Shown: piece by piece, positions 1-9,333 of the stretch
Position numbering within the stretch: the stretch's first letter is position 1
How the letters are laid out: each line of letters begins with the position of its first letter
Virus record (IMG/VR): IMGVR_UViG_3300020478_001251
Location: 1-64,000 of that record
Source: a virus
Length of the DNA stretch: 64,000 nt
Direction: 5' to 3' (one strand)
Position numbers and translations under genes: made by a program
The notes under the pieces: generated by a model
Seen by the model: the letters and a program-made list of their open reading frames with translations, nothing else
The model's database searches: none
Told to the model about the DNA's origin: nothing

Positions 1-1
1 T

Positions 2-1078
2 CATAGTATCTCCCCACCAATCTTGTACTTGACCACCTCTACCCATTTTGATTCTTCTTATCCAGACATCATTATATTTGGCAGAAATCTTAGGAGCACG
101 CTCATCAAGCCATTTACCAATACCCATTACTCTATGTTTATCTTTTTGGCCTCTTTTTACATATCCTTTACTTATCATATCTTGTACAGCTTTAGCAGAA
201 TTTTCTTTTATTACAGATTCATGTTGAACTAATACACCATCTATTGCTTTTTCAAACTTTTTATAGGAATTAAGTATTTCTTTTGCTGATTTTGGAAATC
301 TACCTTTTTGTAAAAGTGATGATATATGTTTTACTATTGCACTTAAATGGATTCCATATTGTTGTCGGTATCTCTTAATTGCAAGTTTTAATTTTTTACT
401 ATCATTAGGACTCATTTCATATGCTTCAGTTAAATTACTTTTTGCAATCTTACCAACTGAACCTAATAATTTAGAAGATTGTTCTATGAATGCCATTTCA
501 AATTTATATAATTGTTTTTCTAATCTAAGAATTTCATTATTTGGTGATTCAGTTTTTAAAGTATTTAATTGTTTTCTAAGTTTACTATATCTTTCTATAA
601 ACTCATTACGAGCTTTGAGAATATTATTAAAAGATTTGGTTGCTTTTACACCCTCAACAAGTTCAAACTCTGTTCCCATTTTAGCAGTTCTCTTTCTTTT
701 CTCTTTACCTTTAGATTGAAATGCATTTGGTGTATCATATTCACCACCAGCTGTTGCGGTTGTGGATACCTCTTCTAAATCATCATCCAACCCACCAGGT
801 GATGTTAATTTTTTATGTGGTGGTTCTGCCGACATTGTATAACCACAACTTTCCAATTCCATACGAATTAACTCACGAAGTTTTTTTATTACTTCTTTTG
901 GAACATGCTCTGGTTTACCTTTATGTTTAGTAGATGCAAAATCTTCTGCATCTTTATCTGACATATTATCAGCTACATCTTTAACTTTATCGGAAACATC
1001 ATCAGGTGAGAGTTCACCTTTCTGTATAGCATGAACCATTCCCATAAATCTTTGTTGGGCTTTAGATTTGGCAGGCAT
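2..1078 (-). CDS. Putative head/internal protein with N-terminal DUF3008-like module (partial, runs off the left edge)
   Basis: Absent from the ORF track. Manual translation from ATG at 1078 gives MPAKSKAQQRFMGMVHAIQKGE...DAEDFASTKHKGKPE and stays open to the window edge. It contains LEE/V, LVE/G, LTE/A and IKE/N sites and lies directly downstream of the prohead protease. Confidence 0.75.
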   Translation of the reverse strand, partial: MPAKSKAQQRFMGMVHAIQKGELSPDDVSDKVKDVADNMSDKDAEDFASTKHKGKPEHVPKEVIKKLRELIRMELESCGYTMSAEPPHKKLTSPGGLDDDLEEVSTTATAGGEYDTPNAFQSKGKEKRKRTAKMGTEFELVEGVKATKSFNNILKARNEFIERYSKLRKQLNTLKTESPNNEILRLEKQLYKFEMAFIEQSSKLLGSVGKIAKSNLTEAYEMSPNDSKKLKLAIKRYRQQYGIHLSAIVKHISSLLQKGRFPKSAKEILNSYKKFEKAIDGVLVQHESVIKENSAKAVQDMISKGYVKRGQKDKHRVMGIGKWLDERAPKISAKYNDVWIRRIKMGRGGQVQDWWGDTM

Positions 1079-1079
1079 C

Positions 1080-1700
1080 TTACTCGCCTCGGATTATTTT
1101 ATTAATTATATCTTCGGCCTTACAATATTGACCACAAGTTCTACCTTGTGTTTGAGATTTATCAACTCCCTCACTTAATGGATGCATAAAAGCACCATGT
1201 GTTGATGGATTACTTACGAAATCAAATGCGATTAATTCAAAATCTTTACCAACTTTCATCATTGGTTGTCCATTATCTTCCGAAACAGTCTCAACTGAAC
1301 CCATTCCACGAGAACTGATACCAAGTTTAATTCCATTTTTAAATAATTCTCTTAAAATGTTTCCACTTGGTGTTGTTAGTATTTCCACAGTCCCAACTAA
1401 ACTATCACCCTCAAAGTGCATTTCAGTTACATTATGTGATACATTTTGTAAATTAACTACCGAAGAGTCTGGATGGTCTAATTCACCAAGTGCTCTTTTT
1501 TGTTTTATAAAACCTTCATTATAATTCTTTGCTTCTCTTGTTAGTATCTCCATTGGATATACTCTACCATTTTGATTTTTAGCATCTGCTCTTTGTAATA
1601 CACCTTTAACAATTAACTTACCATTATTTTCTTTTAATGATTCTTGTATTTGTTGTGGTGATAAATCAAAAGGTATATAATCTACGATTAATTGTTTCAT
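1080..1700 (-). CDS. Prohead core protease (T4 gp21-like)
   Basis: Motifs GVLQRADAKNQNGRVYP, ALGELDHP, VSH, GISSRGMGS and DFVSNPS are typical of gp21-family proteases; head-module context. Confidence 0.95.
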   Translation of the reverse strand: MKQLIVDYIPFDLSPQQIQESLKENNGKLIVKGVLQRADAKNQNGRVYPMEILTREAKNYNEGFIKQKRALGELDHPDSSVVNLQNVSHNVTEMHFEGDSLVGTVEILTTPSGNILRELFKNGIKLGISSRGMGSVETVSEDNGQPMMKVGKDFELIAFDFVSNPSTHGAFMHPLSEGVDKSQTQGRTCGQYCKAEDIINKIIRGE

Positions 1701-2980
1701 TATTTCATCCTCTTTATCATTTGAACCGAATCTCTCATAAATTTGGTTACACCATCTTTATAGGATTTCTTAATTTCTTTTGCCAATTTTTTGTTTTCAG
1801 GTCTTGGGTCTCTTAGGAATGATTGTTCTAAATCCATCATTGCCTTTCTTAGTGATTTTTCTGACTTTACCACCTTAGATAATGCTCTTCTTGCAAACCT
1901 CACATCATCTGGACCCTCTTTTAATTCTTTTTGCATTAGAGCTCTATATTGAGCCGCTTTATCTACTGGTTTATCTTTTTTCTTTTTCTTAAACTTATCA
2001 ACTAATTTTGCAAATATACCTTTTGCCTTTTGATGTTGTGGATGTGATTTATTACTAAGAGCAGTAGACATTTTATTTACACGACCAGATTGTGGATTTT
2101 TAGCTTTCATTTGAACCATTGCTGCAGTTGCTGCCGCTACCGCCGCTGGATTCTCTTTTAGAAGTGATTCAAATGTTTGTTCTTTAGATAATCCCTGATT
2201 TATTAAATATTCTACAAAATTTTTCTGTTGATTTAATGGCATCTTACTAAAGGCCTTACCCATACCTTGAAGAGCTCTTTTACTATACTTTCTTGTTGGA
2301 TAATATTTCATCCCTTTTTTTAAAAAGAATTGGTCTTTCTTTGGTGCATCAGATAAATTATCTATATATTGCATACCACCTAAAATTCTCCTAATGGTTT
2401 CAGCTAATTGTCTATTATATCTCTTTCCATACCAACCAGCTCTTTTCATCATTCTCACACCAACTATCGTAAATAGTTTTAGTTCAGATGAACTAAGTCT
2501 TTCATTTATGGATTCATCAAAATCAAAATCAAATTCTTTTTCCATATCTTTCTTTGCCTGTTCTTTAGCTTTTCTTTCCATTTCTTTTTCATCTCTATCC
2601 ATCTTAGCATTTGCATCATCTGCCGCCTTACTCATCTTCTTTTCAATATCTTTTGCAGAACCTGGTTCTGGTTTTCTACCACTACCTGGCCCACCTTCAT
2701 CATACACATGAAGTTTGTCCCAACCAGGTGCTTTATTTTGTTTCCAACCACCTGAACCACTATGTGATTTTTTTCTATTTTTTTGTTTCCAACCACCTGA
2801 ACCACTATCGGATTCATAATCATCAGTCTTTTTTTGCTTCACACCTTTTTGAGGTCCACTTCCTGGCCCACCTTCTTTTTTTATCTTGTGAGCTTTCATA
2901 GTATCTTCAAGAGTAGGTAATGGTTGTCCAAATTCTCTTTTTAAAATATCTAAAGATTCTGTTAAATACTTATCGTTCAT
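1700..2980 (-). CDS. Basic low-complexity putative internal head protein
   Basis: Lys-rich, two EGGPGSG and two GSGGWKQ repeats, many (L/I/F)-x-E sites; located between portal and protease. Confidence 0.55.
   Translation of the reverse strand: MNDKYLTESLDILKREFGQPLPTLEDTMKAHKIKKEGGPGSGPQKGVKQKKTDDYESDSGSGGWKQKNRKKSHSGSGGWKQNKAPGWDKLHVYDEGGPGSGRKPEPGSAKDIEKKMSKAADDANAKMDRDEKEMERKAKEQAKKDMEKEFDFDFDESINERLSSSELKLFTIVGVRMMKRAGWYGKRYNRQLAETIRRILGGMQYIDNLSDAPKKDQFFLKKGMKYYPTRKYSKRALQGMGKAFSKMPLNQQKNFVEYLINQGLSKEQTFESLLKENPAAVAAATAAMVQMKAKNPQSGRVNKMSTALSNKSHPQHQKAKGIFAKLVDKFKKKKKDKPVDKAAQYRALMQKELKEGPDDVRFARRALSKVVKSEKSLRKAMMDLEQSFLRDPRPENKKLAKEIKKSYKDGVTKFMRDSVQMIKRMK
2736..2808. repeat. 28-nt direct repeat (2736-2763 and 2781-2808) inside a coding region
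   Basis: ttttgtttccaaccacctgaaccactat occurs twice at a 45-nt period and encodes the SGSGGWKQ repeat on the minus strand. Confidence 0.85.
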
Positions 2981-3495
2981 TGTAGTTTTCCAACTTTATT
3001 AGCCAATTTAACTAATCGTTCTGAGATTTTACTCATTGCTTTATGTGTATTTTTCCAATATGATTTTGAATCAACACTCAACTCATTCTTTAATTTAACA
3101 TTCATATCAATAAGTTTACTTAATTCAGATAATTTATCTCTAACTTCTCTCATTGATATACCAATTTTTTGTTTTGCAGTTAAAGAATCATCATTACGAT
3201 ATTGTGTGTAACGACCTTCTTTTAATTCTTCACCAATTTTTTTAGTCATTTGTCCTGCAAATGCTTGTTGTACTCTTGTTACACTTTTAATACCCTTTAA
3301 ACCTTTTTTTAATTGACGAGCAACAAGTGTTTTTGCTTGTCCAGCACCCTGAGCATCAACGATAACTTTACCAATACCATCAACATTAACGGCCCAAGTT
3401 CCTTCGTTTATTGAAGTTTGTTGTTCTTTAATTTCTTTACGAATTAATGTACGAATTAATTCCGTAAACTTTTGTTTATTTATCTTTGTGGACAT
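2977..3495 (-). CDS. Hypothetical head-module protein
   Basis: Coupled ORF with IKE/Q, INE/G and LKE/G sites and a helical C-terminus. Confidence 0.55.
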   Translation of the reverse strand: MSTKINKQKFTELIRTLIRKEIKEQQTSINEGTWAVNVDGIGKVIVDAQGAGQAKTLVARQLKKGLKGIKSVTRVQQAFAGQMTKKIGEELKEGRYTQYRNDDSLTAKQKIGISMREVRDKLSELSKLIDMNVKLKNELSVDSKSYWKNTHKAMSKISERLVKLANKVGKLQ

Positions 3496-4339
3496 CTTCT
3501 AACTCCCCTACTAATTCATAATATCTCATCAAGGATACAACATGATTATCTTTAACCAATGCTCCACCAGTTGCAGTGTCTGTATGAGTGATTGCCTCGG
3601 TTAATTTAATTTTTGTAATCTTATCATCTACTTTTTTTGAATGAGATTTTAAGGTTTTTTTAATTTTTATAACTTCAGAGTCTATAAATTCTCTTAGAGA
3701 GTTAGTGTTTGATAAATTATTGATATACTCTCTCAATAAATTCTTTTGATTTTCATTTAATGTTTTATATTTGTTATTAAATTTATCAACTAATAATTGA
3801 TAAGTAAGTAAACGCAAATCTTTTTCTTCTGATTCTACTACTGATTTTTTCTTAGTTTTAGAGTGTTTCGAATGACTTATTGTTTCAATAATAGTAACTT
3901 TACTATCTGTTTCTTCAACAGGAGTAATTTTTTCTTTACTTGATTCAATTTCAAATAAGTTATAGACAGATGCCAATACTTTATAGTTTGAAATTCTTGA
4001 ATTAAAGAAATCTTTTACATTATAATTCTCTTTAATTGTTTTAATTAAATTGTATTTTTCGTTTTTTAATCTACGATTAGATAATTTTCTGCGATTTTTA
4101 ATCACCGCTTCAAGCAATATATTAGCTTGTTCTGTTTTAGAATACTTTTTTTCTACTAAAACTTTATATAATTCATATTCTTTACCTAATTCTGTTTTAG
4201 AATTAAAAAATTCTTTAAGAATCTTTATTGCAGGTGATTCTTTTGAGTCATTCATTACATCGACAGTGATTTGTCGTGTTAACAACTCAAACAATATACC
4301 TGTATTTTTAATTTTACTATGTTTCTTATTGATTGACAT
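3476..4339 (-). CDS. Hypothetical helical protein downstream of portal (possible prohead core/scaffold component)
   Basis: Start reassigned to ATG 4339 (MSINKKHSKIKNTGILFELL) because a GGAG Shine-Dalgarno lies at 4346-4349. Function inferred from position only. Confidence 0.55.
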   Translation of the reverse strand: MSINKKHSKIKNTGILFELLTRQITVDVMNDSKESPAIKILKEFFNSKTELGKEYELYKVLVEKKYSKTEQANILLEAVIKNRRKLSNRRLKNEKYNLIKTIKENYNVKDFFNSRISNYKVLASVYNLFEIESSKEKITPVEETDSKVTIIETISHSKHSKTKKKSVVESEEKDLRLLTYQLLVDKFNNKYKTLNENQKNLLREYINNLSNTNSLREFIDSEVIKIKKTLKSHSKKVDDKITKIKLTEAITHTDTATGGALVKDNHVVSLMRYYELVGELEDVHKDK

Positions 4340-4403
4340 CAAACACTCCAATTTTCTATACAATTTAGTATCATATATAAATATAAAAACTTCAAATAAA
4401 TCG

Positions 4404-6260
4404 TTATTTATCGGTCTTTTTATCTACAAATTCTTTATATTCTGATTCTATATCGTCTGTTACTTTCGTTTCCGTTATTATTTCAGCTGCCTTAGAAGAA
4501 TCTATTGATTTTTTAAGTGCATCATAATGAGCTAAAGCCATTTGGTTTTTTGATTTACCTAATGGATTTCTACCTCGAGCACTACCATCTTTATCATATT
4601 TTGATACTTCTTTTGGTCTACCAGCTCCTGGTTGGCCACCCTCAGGAGCCCCACCTTTGTCAAAGATTGAACCCATTGGTGATTCTTCAGTGTCTTGTTG
4701 TTCCCCATCTTCACCTGGCATCGTTGAGATTGATGCCAAATCACTTGGTGTTCCAACTGCTTCTTCACTGGTAACAGGGTCATTACCCTCAACAGCAATT
4801 TGTTCAAATCTAAATTTTTGTTTTTGGTCATCGACCAATTCTTTTTCTAATTCTTTAATATTATCATCTGAAAAATTAAATATATTTTTATAAATCCAAT
4901 CAGATGGTAGTAATTGATTATCTTTCATATCACGAGCAAGATTAACTTTATTACCCCACAATTCAAGTTTCTCTTGTTCGTAAATTGTAGATGGATTAGT
5001 TAGGTTTAATTCAAAGTTTACCAATTCTTCATCTGTATATCCTTGTGAATATAAATGAACAACTGCAATCTTTGTTAATTCACTAACTACAATTCTTTGT
5101 ATTCTTTCTATAGTTCTTGCAAACCTTACATCTTCTGCTGCAAGTGTTGCTTTACTTCCAAGTGATTCTTCATATCCTAAGAATGCTTTTGGAACATGAA
5201 GTGCTGCCAACATACGATTTTTTAAATACTCAATGTCATCAGTACTTTCATAAGTCATACCTGGTAGTGAATCAACTTGTGTTCCACTATCTCCACCACG
5301 AACTGGCATAAAGAAATCTTCAGTTAAATTCTGAATATTAAACTTCAAATTATAATCACCACTTGCTTCATCAATGAATGGTGTTTTCTTCATTTTGTTG
5401 ATAATTCTTTGCATATAGTTATCAACTTCATTTGGTGGTATATTTCCTATATCAATTTTAAATACTCTCTTTTCAGGTGCTCTCATGATTCTATGAATCA
5501 ACATAGCATCTTCCATCAATGTAACTTGTTTCCAAGTTTTACGAGCACTTTCTAACATTGATTTACCATAAGGTAAAAGATTACTATCACTTGCTAATCT
5601 AAAGTGTGCAATTTGGAAATTTTCAAAATCAATTCTTTTACCTTGACCAGTCGGTCTTGCAAAATATGGATGTGTAGTTTCCATCGCTTCTAAATAAAAT
5701 TTTACATAATAAGGATTCTCAGGGTCTTCTCCTTCTGAACGAAGACATTCATATGGTGATAGTGGAACTACATTTACAATACCATATTTATCCTTAACAT
5801 CTAAATATAAAAAGAAATCACCATACTTTGTTAGGTTACGAACCCATGGCCATAGATTGAATTCTATATTTAATATATCATAAAACAAGTTATGTAATAT
5901 TTCTCTAATATTATTATTATCACTTTTAATTTCTAAAACATCACCATAAGGATTTTTCATTGTAGATTCATCTGCATAGATATCCATTGCTGATGCAATG
6001 ATTGAATCAGCTTCCATAGTTTCATAATCTTTAAATAAACCTAATCTTGCGGCTTGTAATTGAGCAAATGTGGAATATCCACTATTCACCATATCTAATC
6101 CACTATGTAGTTTAGAATATCTATCTACAAGATGTGATTTCATTTGTCGTTGTACTTGGTCTGTATCGGCGATTTTTAATTTTTTACCACCTACATTTCT
6201 AACAATTACATTTGTACTAAATAATCGTCTTAGTCTACCAAATAATGATTTATCTGCCAT
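4404..6260 (-). CDS. Portal vertex protein (T4 gp20-like)
   Basis: LMEDAMLIHRIMRAPEKRVFKIDIGN, EDFFMPVRGG..GTQVDSLPG and DIEYLKNRMLAALHVPK match gp20 family motifs. Confidence 0.95.
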   Translation of the reverse strand: MADKSLFGRLRRLFSTNVIVRNVGGKKLKIADTDQVQRQMKSHLVDRYSKLHSGLDMVNSGYSTFAQLQAARLGLFKDYETMEADSIIASAMDIYADESTMKNPYGDVLEIKSDNNNIREILHNLFYDILNIEFNLWPWVRNLTKYGDFFLYLDVKDKYGIVNVVPLSPYECLRSEGEDPENPYYVKFYLEAMETTHPYFARPTGQGKRIDFENFQIAHFRLASDSNLLPYGKSMLESARKTWKQVTLMEDAMLIHRIMRAPEKRVFKIDIGNIPPNEVDNYMQRIINKMKKTPFIDEASGDYNLKFNIQNLTEDFFMPVRGGDSGTQVDSLPGMTYESTDDIEYLKNRMLAALHVPKAFLGYEESLGSKATLAAEDVRFARTIERIQRIVVSELTKIAVVHLYSQGYTDEELVNFELNLTNPSTIYEQEKLELWGNKVNLARDMKDNQLLPSDWIYKNIFNFSDDNIKELEKELVDDQKQKFRFEQIAVEGNDPVTSEEAVGTPSDLASISTMPGEDGEQQDTEESPMGSIFDKGGAPEGGQPGAGRPKEVSKYDKDGSARGRNPLGKSKNQMALAHYDALKKSIDSSKAAEIITETKVTDDIESEYKEFVDKKTDK

Positions 6261-6272
6261 TTTTTACCTCAC

Positions 6273-7847
6273 TTACAAGAGCCACTTTAAAGACTCTTTC
6301 TCTTTATCTTTACCAATTTCCCAATCCCAAGATTCATTCTTGTTTTCATCGGGTGTATAAAGTCCATCAATATCTAACATTTTATTGAGAGACTTTTTTG
6401 TTAATTCAATTCCTTCAGTTCGTAATCTTAATGCGGTATCACGAACCCATAAACCGATAGCAAATGACATAACTAAATCATCATTGTATCCTACCATTGC
6501 TTCGGCTCTATTATTCTTATAAATAAAAGTAAATAATTCATCAATCAAACGATTACTACGAACTATTACACTTCCATCTCTAAAATATTCCTCTAACTTT
6601 GCAATAATTAAAGGTCTTGTTCTGGCAGTAGTACTAAACCCTGCTACCATATTCTTTTCTTCTGCTCTATATCGATTATTTATTTGATGTTGTGTATCGA
6701 TATATTTTAAATCTTTACTTGTATAAAATAGATTAGGATATTCCCTATCTATTACTTGTTGGATGGTTGCCCAACCAATATTGTTGTTTTCTATAATTAG
6801 TAAAGCATCGTTATATTCCGTTGAAATACTCACTAACATATTACCAAAATCTTTGGTACTTAACCTACCTTTATATTCCGCTACTTGTTGAACACTCTCT
6901 ACATCGATAACATGAAATGCACTATAATCTGCACTATCACCTCTACCAACATCAGCACTCACAACATAATTTCGTGTATAATTTGGTTGTTCCCATATCC
7001 ACAAATTACCATCTATACCTCGTTTTTCAACAGGGTCTTGTACTTGTTTACTTCTACACTCCTCTAAAATCGGTCCATCAATTACTGAAGTTCCAGAAGT
7101 GATAAAATCACAATCACATTCTTGAGCCGCACCTTGTAATCCTAATAAGGTATCTTGTTCATCTCTCCACTCTTGTTCTCTATCAGGATGAACAGTCCAA
7201 TGAAGTTTAATATCATTAAACATTCCACGACCTTCTTCGGCCTCTACCCAAGTTCTGTGAAACCAATTACCCACACCATTAGGTGTTGAGAGTGCAATAC
7301 AACTACCACCCGTTGTAAGTGTTTGTTGTGATGCAGTCCATATCTCATCAATCTTATCAATGAACGCCGCCTCATCTAATATCAATAATGATAGAGCTTC
7401 AGAACGAGCCGCTTCTGGACCACTTGCACTTGCTTTTATTTGTGAACCATTAACATATCGAAGATTTAATTTATTATCTTCAACACATCGTTGTTTTAAC
7501 CAACTCGGTAAGTTGGCATGCATTACTCTTACTTTTGTAACTAAGTTTTTTGCAGTATCTTGTTTTGTTGCAATAACCAAGATATTTTTATCTTGAAAGA
7601 ATGTCATCATCCATAAAGAATATCCAGCAGTTAATGTTGATATTCCTAACTGGCGTGCTTTCAGAATAATATTAAATCTCTCTTTAGTAAATTCCTCTAC
7701 AGTCTTCTCTTGAAAGTCATACAAATCAAAAGGTATCTTGCCTTTTATTGGATGTTGTATCATACAATACTTCTTTAAAAAGTAGACTGGGTCTTTTGCA
7801 CACTTTGTGTACTCTTTTTTAATTACTTCTTTTATCTGAGTTGCCAT
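6273..7847 (-). CDS. Terminase large subunit (T4 gp17-like)
   Basis: Walker A-like KARQLGIST, Walker B LLILDEAAF, STPNG, nuclease ADVGRG..DYS and NDDLVMS. Confidence 0.95.
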   Translation of the reverse strand: MATQIKEVIKKEYTKCAKDPVYFLKKYCMIQHPIKGKIPFDLYDFQEKTVEEFTKERFNIILKARQLGISTLTAGYSLWMMTFFQDKNILVIATKQDTAKNLVTKVRVMHANLPSWLKQRCVEDNKLNLRYVNGSQIKASASGPEAARSEALSLLILDEAAFIDKIDEIWTASQQTLTTGGSCIALSTPNGVGNWFHRTWVEAEEGRGMFNDIKLHWTVHPDREQEWRDEQDTLLGLQGAAQECDCDFITSGTSVIDGPILEECRSKQVQDPVEKRGIDGNLWIWEQPNYTRNYVVSADVGRGDSADYSAFHVIDVESVQQVAEYKGRLSTKDFGNMLVSISTEYNDALLIIENNNIGWATIQQVIDREYPNLFYTSKDLKYIDTQHQINNRYRAEEKNMVAGFSTTARTRPLIIAKLEEYFRDGSVIVRSNRLIDELFTFIYKNNRAEAMVGYNDDLVMSFAIGLWVRDTALRLRTEGIELTKKSLNKMLDIDGLYTPDENKNESWDWEIGKDKEKESLKWLL

Positions 7848-8230
7848 TAGTTTGCTAATTGTCCTGCAAGGTTAACTGAAATTGCTGTAGCACCTACACC
7901 ATAACAAAACCATAACCATTTATTTTCATGCCACTTAGGTTTAACAAGTTGTACTTTCTTTTCCATCAGTTCATTTGTTTCTTTAAGTAATGAAATTTGA
8001 AGTTCTCTCTTTTGTATTATTAAAGAATCCATAAATGCATTCTCTTCTAATTTAAAGACAGCCTTTTCTAAATCAGAAATAACCACTTGGGATAAACTAT
8101 CAGCCTTTTCAAACCCTTGTAGTTTATTTGCCCATTCAATTACATCTGATTCAGGTAGAGTTATGGTTTTTTCTTCAGTTTGACCAAAGAGAACACCAAC
8201 AAACAATAATATGTATATAAAATATCTCAT
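7847..8230 (-). CDS. Exported coiled-coil protein with C-terminal hydrophobic segment (spanin-like candidate)
   Basis: Signal-like N-terminus MRYFIYILLFVGVLFG, coiled coil, then KPKWHENKWLWFCYGVGATAISV. Confidence 0.45.
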   Translation of the reverse strand: MRYFIYILLFVGVLFGQTEEKTITLPESDVIEWANKLQGFEKADSLSQVVISDLEKAVFKLEENAFMDSLIIQKRELQISLLKETNELMEKKVQLVKPKWHENKWLWFCYGVGATAISVNLAGQLAN

Positions 8231-8245
8231 ATATATAAATATACT

Positions 8246-8530
8246 CTACTTACTAAATTTCTTCAAATATTTTAAAGCCTCATCAACATCTTGAACATCG
8301 GATGCTTTTTTAGCCTTTTCTATTTGTTTTTTAGTATTGGTTACCTTTCGTTTAAGATTACCAACTTCTTTTTTGTTAACTTTTTTCTTCTTTTCAAGAA
8401 TTTCAACCTCTTTTTCAAGAGTTTTTACTTCTTTATTCTTTACTTCTATCGCCTTATCTAACTTTTTGATTTCTTCTTTCTTCTTTCCACCAAAAAATAG
8501 ATTCATTATAAAATCAATGATTCCACTCAT
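8246..8530 (-). CDS. Lys-rich coiled-coil protein with short hydrophobic N-terminus (spanin-like candidate)
   Basis: MSGIIDFIMNLFFGG followed by a heptad-patterned Lys-rich region. Confidence 0.4.
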   Translation of the reverse strand: MSGIIDFIMNLFFGGKKKEEIKKLDKAIEVKNKEVKTLEKEVEILEKKKKVNKKEVGNLKRKVTNTKKQIEKAKKASDVQDVDEALKYLKKFSK

Positions 8531-8790
8531 TATTTATCTCCTTCACTCGGTAGTTTTATTCCAACATTATGACAAATTTCTTCTAATGATGTTTGGTTAA
8601 ATTCGTTATATTCTTCCAAATCCATCAATTTTTTTATAATTCGTTCATAAACCTTTGTTACACTTAAAGTATCATTACTTTGAATTTTTGAATGGTACTC
8701 AGCAGCAACATTACCAAGTTGTGCTACCATTCCCATTATCTCAATTATTAATTCTTCAGGTAGAAGCAATTTCCTGTTGTTCATCTTCAA
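8530..8790 (-). CDS. Hypothetical protein
   Basis: Coupled ORF in the minus-strand operon; no recognised motif. Confidence 0.5.
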   Translation of the reverse strand: MKMNNRKLLLPEELIIEIMGMVAQLGNVAAEYHSKIQSNDTLSVTKVYERIIKKLMDLEEYNEFNQTSLEEICHNVGIKLPSEGDK

Positions 8791-9325
8791 TGGCCTCCTC
8801 TAATGATTGTATATATTCACGAGCATCGTTCATTTGTTTATCAAATTGTTCTTTACCCATATCCCATTTCTCTTTTTCAAGTTCTGGATTATTAACTCCT
8901 ACTTGATTAAAAAATTCAGCCTTACCTTCTGTTTTTTCAAACTCATCAATACTTTGTTTTAAATCCTTTAAGTAAGCTTTTTTGTTTTCTAACATTTTAT
9001 TTCTTGCCCATTTGTCATATTCACCCTCTCCACTTACTCGAATTTTATTTTCATATTCTATTTGACAATCAAAACAATGACCCATTATTCTCCAAAACTT
9101 TGTATCAAGTTTTTTCTTCATTGCCTTTTTACATGATGGACAAAACCATGGCATTCTTACTGATGCCATAGTATCAGTTAAATGTGATTTTCTTGTTTTA
9201 CCACCAAGATTTTCTTGTTTACCTTCATATCCTACTTGAATATAATCCTTTTCATGTTCTTTACCACTCATTAAATCCTTGAGTGCCTTATTCTGTCTTT
9301 CTGATTCTTTACTATATCCTGCCAT
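8756..9325 (-). CDS. Hypothetical protein with CxxC...CxxC zinc-binding motif and coiled coil
   Basis: WFCPSC...HCFDC; GGAG Shine-Dalgarno upstream. Confidence 0.6.
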   Translation of the reverse strand: MAGYSKESERQNKALKDLMSGKEHEKDYIQVGYEGKQENLGGKTRKSHLTDTMASVRMPWFCPSCKKAMKKKLDTKFWRIMGHCFDCQIEYENKIRVSGEGEYDKWARNKMLENKKAYLKDLKQSIDEFEKTEGKAEFFNQVGVNNPELEKEKWDMGKEQFDKQMNDAREYIQSLEEAIEDEQQEIAST

Positions 9326-9333
9326 TGTAACTC

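Noticed and set aside
2736-2808. 28-nt direct repeat as a mini CRISPR array
   Set aside because: Only two copies with a 17-nt spacer, an in-frame 45-nt period inside a CDS, and no cas genes.
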